Shown here: piece by piece, positions 1 to 10,195 of the stretch
How the letters are laid out: the number at the start of each line of letters is the position of its first letter
Numbering within the stretch: the stretch's first letter is position 1
NCBI GenBank assembly: GCA_000146045.2
Contig: BK006948.2
Location: 480,001-544,000 of the forward strand
Length of the DNA stretch: 64,000 nucleotides
Reading direction: 5' to 3'
From: TPA_inf: Saccharomyces
Taxonomy: Eukaryota
The notes under the pieces: generated by a model
The model's database searches: none
Told to the model about the DNA's origin: nothing
Seen by the model: the letters and a program-made list of their open reading frames with translations, nothing else
Program-made: the position numbers and the translations under genes

Positions 1-420
1 CCGCGTTTGAGGTCACCTCCGACGGCTGCGCGTCGGTCTACGGGCGAGCGGCCCATCCGCGAAATATCACATACTTTGCGCACCAGGCTCAATTACGCGT
101 TAGTCAAGCTGCAAAATGGATGGACGGACAAGACACTTCCCGAGCTGGAGACGGAGCTTGCTCCAGCAGTGCAGACGCCGCCACGTCGCTATCACAACAG
201 ATTTCCAGATAGTGCAGACGCGGGTACTTCCGCGCATACAGCGTTTCTTCAGGCGCTCGGAGGCCACCCACCACGGGAGGAGGCCACGGCTGTCGAAACA
301 CTGATGCTATTGTCGTCGCCTACCAAGAAGCAACAACACCGACCCGTGCCGGCGACATCTGCTGGAGAACCCACGGACGAAACGGAGCCCGAGTCGGATA
401 CCGAAGTGGAGACGTCTTAA
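1..420 (+). CDS. WHI5: C-terminal fragment of the upstream neighbour gene (likely WHI5/YOR083W). The reading frame enters from the left window edge.
   Basis: Frame 1 is open from base 1 to the stop at 418-420. The translation is Ser/Thr/Pro-rich and has several S/T-P-x-K/R CDK-type sites (TPPRR, SPTKK). It lies directly upstream of LPX1 (YOR084W), as WHI5 does. The identification is from memory, not a search. Confidence 0.55.
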   Translation, partial: PRLRSPPTAARRSTGERPIREISHTLRTRLNYALVKLQNGWTDKTLPELETELAPAVQTPPRRYHNRFPDSADAGTSAHTAFLQALGGHPPREEATAVETLMLLSSPTKKQQHRPVPATSAGEPTDETEPESDTEVETS

Positions 421-586
421 TGTGGTAGTACGAGTTTTTTCTCCGCAATCTCGGAGTTAGTGCAGCCGCGCCCGCTGCTGCACCCTTTAGCATATATATA
501 AAGTGCGTAATGTGCGTGCTAAAAAAGCTCACTAGTGCGTACTCTGCTTATCTCTGCGTATCCGCCGATCAACATCCGCGGCTAAA

Positions 587-1750
587 ATGGAACAGAACAG
601 GTTCAAGAAAGAAACGAAAACTTGTAGCGCTAGCTGGCCGCGCGCACCGCAGTCGACGCTGTGTGCGACAGATCGCCTCGAGCTCACATACGATGTGTAC
701 ACTAGCGCAGAGCGGCAACGCCGCTCTCGCACTGCCACTAGGCTTAACCTTGTGTTTTTGCACGGCAGCGGCATGAGTAAGGTGGTATGGGAGTACTATT
801 TGCCGCGTCTGGTAGCCGCCGATGCGGAGGGCAATTATGCCATCGACAAGGTTTTGTTGATCGACCAGGTTAACCACGGTGATTCTGCGGTACGCAACCG
901 CGGCAGACTCGGCACCAATTTCAACTGGATCGACGGGGCCCGCGACGTGCTCAAGATTGCCACATGCGAGTTGGGCAGTATTGACAGCCACCCGGCACTA
1001 AACGTAGTCATCGGCCACTCGATGGGCGGGTTCCAGGCTCTTGCGTGTGACGTCCTGCAGCCCAATCTGTTTCATTTGCTCATCTTGATCGAGCCTGTAG
1101 TAATCACACGGAAAGCCATCGGCGCCGGGAGGCCAGGGCTTCCGCCCGATTCTCCGCAGATCCCAGAAAATCTTTATAACTCCCTACGTTTAAAGACGTG
1201 CGACCATTTCGCTAACGAGTCCGAATATGTAAAATATATGAGGAACGGTTCCTTTTTTACCAATGCGCACAGCCAAATCCTGCAAAACATCATCGATTTT
1301 GAGAGGACAAAAGCCTCTGGAGACGATGAAGATGGTGGACCCGTTCGCACGAAGATGGAGCAGGCTCAAAATCTCCTCTGCTACATGAACATGCAGACTT
1401 TTGCGCCTTTCCTGATCAGCAATGTGAAGTTTGTGAGGAAGCGGACTATCCACATTGTGGGCGCGCGCTCCAACTGGTGTCCTCCGCAAAATCAGCTGTT
1501 TTTGCAGAAAACTCTACAGAACTACCATCTCGATGTCATTCCCGGCGGCTCCCACTTGGTCAACGTTGAGGCTCCGGACCTGGTGATCGAGAGGATTAAT
1601 CACCACATCCACGAGTTTGTCCTTACCTCCCCGCTGCAGTCCTCACACATTCCGCAATTGACCCTTGAAGAAAGAGCGGTGATGTTTGACCGGGCTTTCG
1701 ACTCGTTCAAGAATGAAGCTTTGGTTAAAACGACTAAACAAAAACTGTAA
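587..1750 (+). CDS. LPX1: Peroxisomal matrix lipase, alpha/beta-hydrolase fold. It has a GHSMG nucleophile-elbow motif and a C-terminal -QKL PTS1.
   Basis: ATG at 587 and a 387-aa ORF. It has a GxSxG motif (GHSMGG), a C-terminal tripeptide QKL (PTS1 variant), and an HGSGMSK oxyanion-hole region. The length and sequence match yeast Lpx1 (YOR084W) as I recall it. Confidence 0.9.
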   Translation: MEQNRFKKETKTCSASWPRAPQSTLCATDRLELTYDVYTSAERQRRSRTATRLNLVFLHGSGMSKVVWEYYLPRLVAADAEGNYAIDKVLLIDQVNHGDSAVRNRGRLGTNFNWIDGARDVLKIATCELGSIDSHPALNVVIGHSMGGFQALACDVLQPNLFHLLILIEPVVITRKAIGAGRPGLPPDSPQIPENLYNSLRLKTCDHFANESEYVKYMRNGSFFTNAHSQILQNIIDFERTKASGDDEDGGPVRTKMEQAQNLLCYMNMQTFAPFLISNVKFVRKRTIHIVGARSNWCPPQNQLFLQKTLQNYHLDVIPGGSHLVNVEAPDLVIERINHHIHEFVLTSPLQSSHIPQLTLEERAVMFDRAFDSFKNEALVKTTKQKL

Positions 1751-2032
1751 ACACTTGTGTACACTATTACATATATTATTCAATAATAATTAACTGACGC
1801 AATCTATGGCACTGGCGTGGTTTCTTTTTCTTTTGTTTTCCGTGCAAGCGCGATGCAACTATATCGTCGAGGACGAATGTGTACCCGTCTTTCCGCCAGA
1901 CAGGTAACAAGTACTTCAATTGACTTAGAAGAAAAACATTAAGGAACTTTAACGTAGGAGCAACACAATACCAGGCACACGCTCTTCGAACACTGAACCA
2001 CACGCGTCCGCATCAAACTCTTCCTCCCAAAC

Positions 2033-3085
2033 ATGAATTGGCTGTTTTTGGTCTCGCTGGTTTTCTTCTGCGGCGTGTCAACCCATCCTGCCCTGGCAAT
2101 GTCCAGCAACAGACTACTAAAGCTGGCTAATAAATCTCCCAAGAAAATTATACCTCTGAAGGACTCAAGTTTTGAAAACATCTTGGCACCACCTCACGAA
2201 AATGCCTATATAGTTGCTCTGTTTACTGCCACAGCGCCCGAAATTGGCTGTTCTCTGTGTCTCGAGCTAGAATCCGAATACGACACCATAGTGGCCTCCT
2301 GGTTTGATGATCATCCGGATGCAAAATCGTCCAATTCCGATACATCTATTTTCTTCACAAAGGTCAATTTGGAGGACCCTTCTAAGACCATTCCTAAAGC
2401 GTTCCAGTTTTTCCAACTAAACAATGTTCCTAGATTGTTCATCTTCAAACCAAACTCTCCCTCTATTCTGGACCACAGCGTGATCAGTATTTCCACTGAT
2501 ACTGGCTCAGAAAGAATGAAGCAAATCATACAAGCCATTAAGCAGTTCTCGCAAGTAAACGACTTCTCTTTACACTTACCTATGGACTGGACTCCAATTA
2601 TTACCTCGACAATAATTACCTTCATCACCGTCTTACTCTTCAAAAAGCAGTCCAAACTCATGTTCTCCATCATATCTTCCAGGATCATCTGGGCAACCTT
2701 GTCAACTTTTTTCATCATTTGCATGATCAGTGCCTATATGTTCAACCAAATCAGGAATACCCAATTGGCAGGCGTTGGTCCTAAGGGCGAGGTTATGTAT
2801 TTCTTGCCCAATGAATTCCAACACCAATTCGCCATTGAAACTCAAGTCATGGTTCTTATTTACGGAACATTGGCCGCGTTGGTTGTCGTATTGGTCAAGG
2901 GTATACAATTCTTGCGGTCTCATTTGTATCCAGAGACCAAGAAAGCGTACTTCATTGATGCTATTTTGGCCTCCTTTTGTGCCTTATTCATTTATGTCTT
3001 CTTTGCTGCTTTGACAACCGTGTTCACGATAAAGAGTCCTGCTTACCCTTTTCCTTTACTAAGGTTATCGGCACCATTCAAATAA
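2033..3085 (+). CDS. OST3: Oligosaccharyltransferase gamma subunit (thioredoxin-like lumenal domain plus 4 C-terminal TM helices)
   Basis: 350-aa ORF with an N-terminal signal peptide (MNWLFLVSLVFFCGVSTHPALA), a lumenal CxxC motif (GCSLC) and a hydrophobic C-terminal half. It matches Ost3 (YOR085W) in sequence and length. Confidence 0.93.
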   Translation: MNWLFLVSLVFFCGVSTHPALAMSSNRLLKLANKSPKKIIPLKDSSFENILAPPHENAYIVALFTATAPEIGCSLCLELESEYDTIVASWFDDHPDAKSSNSDTSIFFTKVNLEDPSKTIPKAFQFFQLNNVPRLFIFKPNSPSILDHSVISISTDTGSERMKQIIQAIKQFSQVNDFSLHLPMDWTPIITSTIITFITVLLFKKQSKLMFSIISSRIIWATLSTFFIICMISAYMFNQIRNTQLAGVGPKGEVMYFLPNEFQHQFAIETQVMVLIYGTLAALVVVLVKGIQFLRSHLYPETKKAYFIDAILASFCALFIYVFFAALTTVFTIKSPAYPFPLLRLSAPFK

Positions 3086-3218
3086 GTCAGTTTTTTTTTT
3101 TGTTTTCACCATAACAAAGAGATGGAAAGTTATACTAGATAAAGATTTTTAAAAAATATAAAAGAAAATAAAACGAAATTTATATTTTACACAGTGCATC
3201 TTGTCCCTCTCTTTCTCG

Positions 3219-6200
3219 CTAAAACTTAGTTTCTTCTTCGCCCATCTCATGATTCTTCTTATGGTTTGTGAGGCTGCCTAGTCCACCGAATACCCCTTTC
3301 TTGATCTTGCCAATGGCACCAACACCGCCGCCTATCACGGTCGTACCAGCTTTCAAACCAGTACCTAGTCCCTTGGATGCTATATCTCCGACCTTCTTTT
3401 CTCTTTTACTCACGCTAATGGTGTATCTTGGCTTAAAGCTGAAAGCTAAATGCAACATACCACCGTCTTGACCAGCGTTCTCTAATCCTTCTACCGGTAC
3501 GTCTAATTCGGTAGTACCCTCGACTTTGACCTTATTCAATGGGATTTCTGCTGTACCAATGGTATCATCCGCAGATGTGGAATCCCAGTCCATGACTTTG
3601 ATTCTTAGAACATCATTTAAACGGTTATTGATTTGAATAGTTCCTTCATCATTCCATTTAGGATTCAAAGTTTTCTTAACAACCTTCGTCTTGTAAGCGC
3701 AGTCTTCCTCATTATTGATGTAATACTTTAAGTATGGGTCCGAATAACCATTTAAATCGGATGCTATCAAGTTTTCTGCACTCCTCGACATAATCGTCAA
3801 ATCACCAGAATTTGTGATCAGGTCATTTGCCGGCAACTGTTTTGTATCAATAGGGAACCATGATATTTGGAGCATTAGTTTAGCACTGCCTTCACCTGAA
3901 AGATGTAATATTGATGGCTTATAATAACAGTTCTTAACTAACTCTTGTGTGGGTAGTTCTACTTCACAAACGCATTTCTCCACTCTGTTGTAGTTTTTAT
4001 TTTTAGCAACTCTAAAAGTGGTAATGGATTTGTCCAATTCTTTTATGATCACGTCACCTGACCAACCATTCTTGACAATTCTCGATGGAATACGTGGACT
4101 AACAAATCTTGGATGACCATTATCATCGAAAAACGCTTGGACGTATAGCCCAGAGTCGGGCAATTCCCCATTAAGGACAGTGACAGCAAGAACACCTTGG
4201 TTGTATTGCAATAATTCTGGCAAATCCAATTTCTGTCTATTACTATACATGTCTTCCAATTCTTTGACCTCATTCCATTCTTGATCAAATTTGGCTTTGT
4301 CTTCTTTAGAAATTTTTTTCTCATCAATTGCTGACTTACGCAGTTCCAATGCTTTTTTCTTTTTGTTAACTTTATCTAAATCTTGGATTTCCTCTAACGT
4401 TAAAACAGGTAAAGCGGGATAAAAGGAGGTATAGTATGTTATAGTGCCCTTAGGTTTTTTCTTAGGCATCACTAGACGACCAACTTTAGCTTTTTCATCA
4501 ATAGTTTCCTCATATTTATCATTCTCATCCTTCTTAAATAAATCTTGAACGTTAACATTGAATTCACCAAGTGAACGATCTTTGTTGACTGTTTCGACAT
4601 CCATACATTGAAGCGTAATTCTTTGGTTTGGTGAAGTAACTGCAACATAAATAACTTGATTCCAGACAGGATTCAAAGTTTGGCTCTTGAAATCAGTTCT
4701 ACCCTTCGATAAACCATTAACCAAAACTTTACAGTATGGATCAATGGTACCAAACTTTTCCAAATTTCTCAAATCGTTTGCCTTCTCAATGAATACTCTG
4801 ATGGCGCCAATTGGTGGCGTGTAAGCTACAGAGTTGGAACCAATCTCCAGTCTAACAGGTCTCCAATATGTGGTAATCTTTATGTCACCCTTTTGGTTTT
4901 TTAATGGAATCAAATTTTTGTTCACTTGGCTTCTATCTATTAAATCATTCAGGGTTTGAATGGTAGATCCAATTTCTTCTCCTTTGCCATCCTTGACGAC
5001 AAACTTATATCTTGTTTTACGACGATCTGCAATAACTGCTTCGTAGTCTGAATTCCACTTCAATGTACCAGTGTCAGTTGCCTTACCAGTGGTTAACACT
5101 AGTTTAGCATTCAAGTAAACTTCAACGTAGGCAGTAACCTTCTGTTCTTCTTCAGCAAAACGAGAACCTTCTTCGACCACAACTTTAGCAATACCAGTAT
5201 TCAAATCCGGTAGTTCCTCCACAGATCCATCCGGCAACTTTTTCTCTTCTAAAGTTGGGAAGAATCTTAAATCAAAAGTCAATTCCCCAACCGGTTTAGA
5301 GTTTCTTAAAAACTGAGCTTTCAAGTTTCTTTGCGTGGTTTTATCATGTAAAGTATTCAAGTTGTACTGAATTCTGCCTAGGACTTTATCCTTCAATTTT
5401 GCACGCTTATCATAAACACTAATGGTCAAGGGGTCAGTGAATGAGTTTAACAAGACGTACAGAGTTTCGTCCCAAACGGGGTTCAATGTGTCTCTTACGG
5501 TTCTTGTCTTGGCAATAGATATATCGTTAAATTCGAAAGATAAGTAAGGGTCGATTGATTCGTTCAATATCGAAGAGGTACGTTTTAGCCCCTTTGCATT
5601 TTTGACAGTTATTTCTAATATACCAATGGACAAGTTGGAACCAGATAAGAGTTGTGGAATGTTCAATTGTAAAGAAAATGGAGGTAACAAGATTGGACCC
5701 ATATATTTCTTGGCCATCTTTTGTATTAGTGTCATAAGGCCTGGGATAGCTAAAATTTCCCAATTGAAGATGGAACGGCCGAATAAGGTAGCAACAAAAT
5801 CAAAATCAGGAACCTTCAGTAGCTGGATATTAACAGTTTCGACATGAGGGAAGGGAGTCATCAATTTGAATTTCACTCTAGCATGAGCCTTGAAAGCAAT
5901 GTCTGACACAGAAACAGGGATGGTGATACCAAAAATTTTGGCCTTAACAACCGCTAATTCATTAACGTAATTTCTGACTTGCTTAGCACTCATGTCGCAT
6001 AAATCGTGAGGAGTAAAAGAAATACCCCAGTCCATCACAACAACATCGGATGCAGTGTTTTGGAAAGTCTTCACCAAATCAACTCTGGGGGGTTTAACAC
6101 CAAGTGTCAACTCATCGATCCATAGTTGAGTAATAAATTTGGGAATCGCCTCATTAGTAGCCATTTGTTCATTAGCTTGCTGAACGATTAATTGACTAAC

Positions 6201-6779
6201 GGAAGGTTCTAAAATGGGCCAGTACTTATCCAAAAAGGCATTCAACCATTCTAGGGATTCATAGTCGTTTTCCACTTTCTGCACCGTGAACTCTTTCTGG
6301 ACTAACTCTCTTATGGAACCTCTGTATTTTTTAGCAGAGGTTCTATACAACAATGAAGTGATAACGATGACAAAAAAGGCCGACCCCATTGAAAACTTAT
6401 AATGACCAAGTGCAAATGATGCCACGCCTCCGATAAAGAAAATGGCTACCGAATGATACCAGTCACCGTAAAGGCTGTCCGGTATGATGTTATCTAAGAA
6501 GGTTTCTCTAGTCATATCCATCAATTCATCATCTAAAGTTAATTCGTCTTTGTCTTCCCAGCCACCAATCTGTTTCCAGCCGACATAAGAAGCTTCATGG
6601 ATACTTCTCTTGAAGCTTTCATCACTAGCATGTGCCGCCTTCTCAGATGACACGCTTTTACTGGATTCGGTTTCCTCTTTCGTCTTTGGAGGTTCTAACT
6701 TATCTATCCCATTTATGTTAGCTACTTGGGCTGTTTCGGGCTTCTTTGGTGCTGTTACCCCAGTATCTTCTTTGGCCAT
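3219..6779 (-). CDS. TCB1: Tricalbin: ER-plasma membrane tether with an N-terminal TM hairpin, an SMP domain and multiple C2 domains
   Basis: Long minus-strand ORF. The first codon of the track ORF (6795-6797) is TTG, not ATG; the first true ATG is at 6777-6779 (MAKEDTGV...) and gives 1186 aa. Multiple C2-domain signatures and an SMP region match Tcb1 (YOR086C). Confidence 0.9.
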   Translation of the reverse strand: MAKEDTGVTAPKKPETAQVANINGIDKLEPPKTKEETESSKSVSSEKAAHASDESFKRSIHEASYVGWKQIGGWEDKDELTLDDELMDMTRETFLDNIIPDSLYGDWYHSVAIFFIGGVASFALGHYKFSMGSAFFVIVITSLLYRTSAKKYRGSIRELVQKEFTVQKVENDYESLEWLNAFLDKYWPILEPSVSQLIVQQANEQMATNEAIPKFITQLWIDELTLGVKPPRVDLVKTFQNTASDVVVMDWGISFTPHDLCDMSAKQVRNYVNELAVVKAKIFGITIPVSVSDIAFKAHARVKFKLMTPFPHVETVNIQLLKVPDFDFVATLFGRSIFNWEILAIPGLMTLIQKMAKKYMGPILLPPFSLQLNIPQLLSGSNLSIGILEITVKNAKGLKRTSSILNESIDPYLSFEFNDISIAKTRTVRDTLNPVWDETLYVLLNSFTDPLTISVYDKRAKLKDKVLGRIQYNLNTLHDKTTQRNLKAQFLRNSKPVGELTFDLRFFPTLEEKKLPDGSVEELPDLNTGIAKVVVEEGSRFAEEEQKVTAYVEVYLNAKLVLTTGKATDTGTLKWNSDYEAVIADRRKTRYKFVVKDGKGEEIGSTIQTLNDLIDRSQVNKNLIPLKNQKGDIKITTYWRPVRLEIGSNSVAYTPPIGAIRVFIEKANDLRNLEKFGTIDPYCKVLVNGLSKGRTDFKSQTLNPVWNQVIYVAVTSPNQRITLQCMDVETVNKDRSLGEFNVNVQDLFKKDENDKYEETIDEKAKVGRLVMPKKKPKGTITYYTSFYPALPVLTLEEIQDLDKVNKKKKALELRKSAIDEKKISKEDKAKFDQEWNEVKELEDMYSNRQKLDLPELLQYNQGVLAVTVLNGELPDSGLYVQAFFDDNGHPRFVSPRIPSRIVKNGWSGDVIIKELDKSITTFRVAKNKNYNRVEKCVCEVELPTQELVKNCYYKPSILHLSGEGSAKLMLQISWFPIDTKQLPANDLITNSGDLTIMSRSAENLIASDLNGYSDPYLKYYINNEEDCAYKTKVVKKTLNPKWNDEGTIQINNRLNDVLRIKVMDWDSTSADDTIGTAEIPLNKVKVEGTTELDVPVEGLENAGQDGGMLHLAFSFKPRYTISVSKREKKVGDIASKGLGTGLKAGTTVIGGGVGAIGKIKKGVFGGLGSLTNHKKNHEMGEEETKF

Positions 6780-7438
6780 ATTGTATGTACCACGCAATTG
6801 AAGTTTTCAGAATGCACTAGCTATCTTTTTTTATCTTAGCTATTCTTCTTCAATTATCCTACTTATTCTTCAGCAAAAAAAAAATAATAAGCTAAGACAA
6901 TGCTATACAAGTCAATTACCAGCCAGTAAGTCCAAATTGGAGTAGCCAATGCTATTAGTTGATAATTTTGACGGCCGATTATACTATTCCAATTGCAGCA
7001 ACATCCCTGTCCCTTAGCTTTTTGAGGGGCCTTTTGTTATAATTTTTCATGCAGCATTCCGGTCGCCAAAGTTGTTATCACTTCTAACGTAAATCGTTTT
7101 CTCGTTATGTCCGCTATTTTAGAATGAGAATAATGGATAAAATTGGCCTAAAAAGGGAGCGAGTATAACGTTACTGAGATACAATTGTACATTTTGCCAT
7201 GGAAATGAGCCAACTAGTCTAATGAGATTTTCAATGCTTTATTTCTTTTTTTAGTTTCTCATTTTATTGTTTCTCTAGTTATTAGTCCTTTGGTTATTTT
7301 TATGTCACCACCTCTTGTCACATGACCATTTTTGTTACTTGCTTGGTTTTACAATGATTTATACATTCTTGGGCCTCTCTTGACATATTTTTATCGTCAT
7401 AATAAGTTCTTCATTCGTTCTCTAAAACAACAAAGTTA

Positions 7439-7512
7439 GACTCCATGGCCAAGTTGGTTAAGGCGTGCGACTGTTAATCGCAAGATCGTGAGTTCAACCC
7501 TCACTGGGGTCG
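7439..7512 (+). tRNA. tN(GUU): tRNA-Asn, anticodon GUU
   Basis: 74-nt sequence GACTCCATGGCCAAGTTGGTTAAGGCGTGCGACTGTTAATCGCAAGATCGTGAGTTCAACCCTCACTGGGGTCG. The acceptor stem GACUCCA/UGGGGUC allows one G-U pair. The A-box is TGGCCAAGTTGG and the B-box GAGTTCAACCC. The anticodon loop CUGUUAA holds the GUU anticodon. There is no intron. Confidence 0.93.
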
Positions 7513-7516
7513 TTAA

Positions 7517-7529
7517 TTTTTTAATTTTT
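7517..7529 (+). terminator. RNA polymerase III oligo(dT) terminator for tRNA-Asn
   Basis: A T6 run at 7517-7522 is followed by AA and then a T5 run at 7525-7529, immediately 3' of the tRNA discriminator base. Confidence 0.8.
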
Positions 7530-7706
7530 CTCCTACACTGTTGCTATGTCGGAGTTATCTCATAAGAGCTGAAAATATGTGGTAAATTTAGTCAGTATCC
7601 TTCGAGGATCAGCTAGAGCCTATTCAATGCAATTGTCATTAATCAGTGGCTTGGTAAGGCAATAGAATTCAGTTATAAAATATAATATTACTAGAACAGG
7701 AGCATT

Positions 7707-9734
7707 ATGGTATCAGCCAACGGCGACTTGCACTTGCCAATTTCTAACGAACAGTGCATGCCGGAAAACAATGGATCTCTTGGATTTGAGGCCCCCACTC
7801 CGAGACAGATTCTCAGGGTTACGTTAAATTTGAAATACTTAATTGATAAGGTCGTACCTATTGTTTACGATCCCAATGATATTGTTTGTGACCATTCTGA
7901 GATTTTATCTCCAAAAGTTGTGAAGCTGGCTTATGAAGCATGTGGCGGGAACCCTAAAGACAAGGCCAACAAAAGAAAATATCAATCTGTCATTATTTTT
8001 TCACTTCTTAAAGTTTGTGAGTGGTATTCCATATTGGCCACTATGGAAGTGCACAATGCCAAACTTTACGAAACCAGAAATTTAGCCTCACAACAGTTAT
8101 GTAAATTGTTAATTGAAAGGGAGGAGACAAGAGACCTGCAGTTTCTTTTCATGCAGTTACTGCTGCGTCGGTACGTAATCAACGAGAACGATGAAGATCA
8201 AGAACCGTTGAATGCCTTGGAACTTGCCACAGATATGCACTGTACTACAGTGATAGGATCGAGTGGATTTCAGCGTTGTTTAAAATGGATATGGAGAGGA
8301 TGGATAGTCCAAAATGGCTTGGATCCCACAACTTTTATCAAGGACGATTCACTGGCGGAAGTGTCATTGATCTCTCATTTCAACCCCGTAAGATTAAAGG
8401 CGCCTGTATACCAAAATTATTTGCAGATGATCTTCTCATTTTTGTTTCTAGGGCTTTATACCTTGGTGGTTAATGGTAAGGACTCTGAGAGAGTCCAATC
8501 TTTCGATTTGTTAGAAAGCATATTTTATGTTTTCAATACTGGTTTCATCTTGGATGAGCTCACTAAGCTTTATTATATTGGTTATGCGCACCTATCGTTT
8601 TGGAATTTATTTAATGATACCACATATTTGATAATCACGTTTGCTATGGGGTTCCGTGCAATGAGCGTAACGCCCCTTAATGCAAAATACTCTTCAGAAG
8701 ATTGGGATAAAATATCATATAGAGTCTTATCCTGTGCAGCACCATTTGTGTGGTCGAGACTCCTACTATACCTTGAATCACAAAGGTTTATTGGGATTAT
8801 GTTGGTTATCCTAAAACATATGATGAAAGAATCCATTGTATTTTTCTTCCTTCTATTCTTAATAATGATAGGATTCACTCAAGGTTTCTTAGGTTTGGAT
8901 TCCGCAGATGGTAAGAGAGATATCACCGGACCCATCCTGGGTAATTTAACAATCACCGTTTTGGGTCTTGGTAGTTTTGATGTTTTCGAAGAATTCGCTC
9001 CCCCATATGCGGCAATACTGTATTATGGTTACTATTTTATTGTTTCGGTTATCCTTTTGAATATATTAATTGCTTTGTATTCGACTGCGTACCAAAAAGT
9101 TATTGACAATGCAGATGACGAGTACATGGCTTTGATGTCACAAAAGACGTTGAGATACATTAGAGCACCTGATGAAGATGTCTATGTTTCTCCATTGAAC
9201 TTAATTGAAGTGTTCATGACACCTATCTTTCGTATTCTTCCACCGAAGCGTGCTAAAGATTTGAGCTATACTGTAATGACAATAGTGTACAGCCCATTTT
9301 TGTTGCTTATTTCTGTTAAAGAAACTCGGGAGGCTAGAAGGATAAAATATAACAGGATGAAAAGGTTAAACGATGATGCCAATGAATATGATACTCCATG
9401 GGATTTGACAGATGGCTACTTGGATGATGATGACGGTTTGTTTTCTGATAACCGAAATTCTGGCATGAGAGCCACCCAGTTAAAGAATTCCCGTTCGCTA
9501 AAACTGCAAAGAACAGCAGAGCAGGAAGATGTCCATTTTAAAGTCCCTAAGAAGTGGTATAAAAACGTTAAAAAATGCAGTCCCTCCTTCGAACAGTATG
9601 ATAACGATGACACTGAAGATGATGCTGGTGAAGATAAAGATGAAGTCAAAGAGCTCACTAAGAAAGTGGAAAACTTGACAGCTGTAATTACCGATCTACT
9701 CGAAAAATTAGACATAAAGGATAAGAAAGAGTAA
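7707..9734 (+). CDS. YVC1: Vacuolar TRP-family cation channel (TRPY1)
   Basis: 675-aa ORF. A central cluster of six hydrophobic helices carries a TRP-channel pore region, and the C-terminus has an acidic DDDD patch. Sequence and length match Yvc1 (YOR087W). Confidence 0.92.
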   Translation: MVSANGDLHLPISNEQCMPENNGSLGFEAPTPRQILRVTLNLKYLIDKVVPIVYDPNDIVCDHSEILSPKVVKLAYEACGGNPKDKANKRKYQSVIIFSLLKVCEWYSILATMEVHNAKLYETRNLASQQLCKLLIEREETRDLQFLFMQLLLRRYVINENDEDQEPLNALELATDMHCTTVIGSSGFQRCLKWIWRGWIVQNGLDPTTFIKDDSLAEVSLISHFNPVRLKAPVYQNYLQMIFSFLFLGLYTLVVNGKDSERVQSFDLLESIFYVFNTGFILDELTKLYYIGYAHLSFWNLFNDTTYLIITFAMGFRAMSVTPLNAKYSSEDWDKISYRVLSCAAPFVWSRLLLYLESQRFIGIMLVILKHMMKESIVFFFLLFLIMIGFTQGFLGLDSADGKRDITGPILGNLTITVLGLGSFDVFEEFAPPYAAILYYGYYFIVSVILLNILIALYSTAYQKVIDNADDEYMALMSQKTLRYIRAPDEDVYVSPLNLIEVFMTPIFRILPPKRAKDLSYTVMTIVYSPFLLLISVKETREARRIKYNRMKRLNDDANEYDTPWDLTDGYLDDDDGLFSDNRNSGMRATQLKNSRSLKLQRTAEQEDVHFKVPKKWYKNVKKCSPSFEQYDNDDTEDDAGEDKDEVKELTKKVENLTAVITDLLEKLDIKDKKE

Positions 9735-9778
9735 ACGACATGTGTTCAAATACTGCTTAATTAATTTCTCAGAAATCC

Positions 9779-9796
9779 ATATATATATATATATAT
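9779..9796. repeat. (AT)9 dinucleotide microsatellite
   Basis: ATATATATATATATATAT sits in the convergent YVC1-VPS21 3' intergenic region. Confidence 0.9.
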
Positions 9797-10195
9797 TGCT
9801 CCTCATTGCAACTTTGTAAATTTAATGTTCCTTTAATTTATCATTATTTACAATATTAACTAATCCATCTCCCGATTTTCGGCATAAAATAAGTTTATAT
9901 TTTGGTCTACATGAAAACAAAAGTTTAACTAAACTAACGTGTACAAACCACTTTGAAACGTATATAAAGGTCTAATAAAAACGACTGGCGTTTTGAAAGA
10001 TAATATAATGATCTAATGCAGTTAAAAAATTTACAAATTATAAGAAGAAAAGAAAAACAACGATTACGGTAAAAAATGAAAACTCCCTCTCCTTTCTAGG
10101 TACGATAAATTATGACTTTCATCTTTCCCGTTTTGAAGATCTATTTATCTCAATTTGCCCAGACTTTTTTTTTATATATATTTATTTTCCCCTCT

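Noticed and set aside
2311-2724. 137-aa minus-strand ORF inside OST3, and similar internal or antisense ORFs within TCB1, CMR2, LEU9, INP53, CEX1, AZF1 and RPO31
   Set aside because: All are fully nested in longer, recognisable genes on the other strand or frame. None carries a motif or plausible composition.
6779-6797. Possible 6-residue N-terminal extension of TCB1 (MRGTYN-) implied by the ORF track
   Set aside because: The track's first codon at 6795-6797 is TTG, not ATG. The first genuine ATG, at 6777-6779, gives the 1186-aa protein expected for Tcb1.
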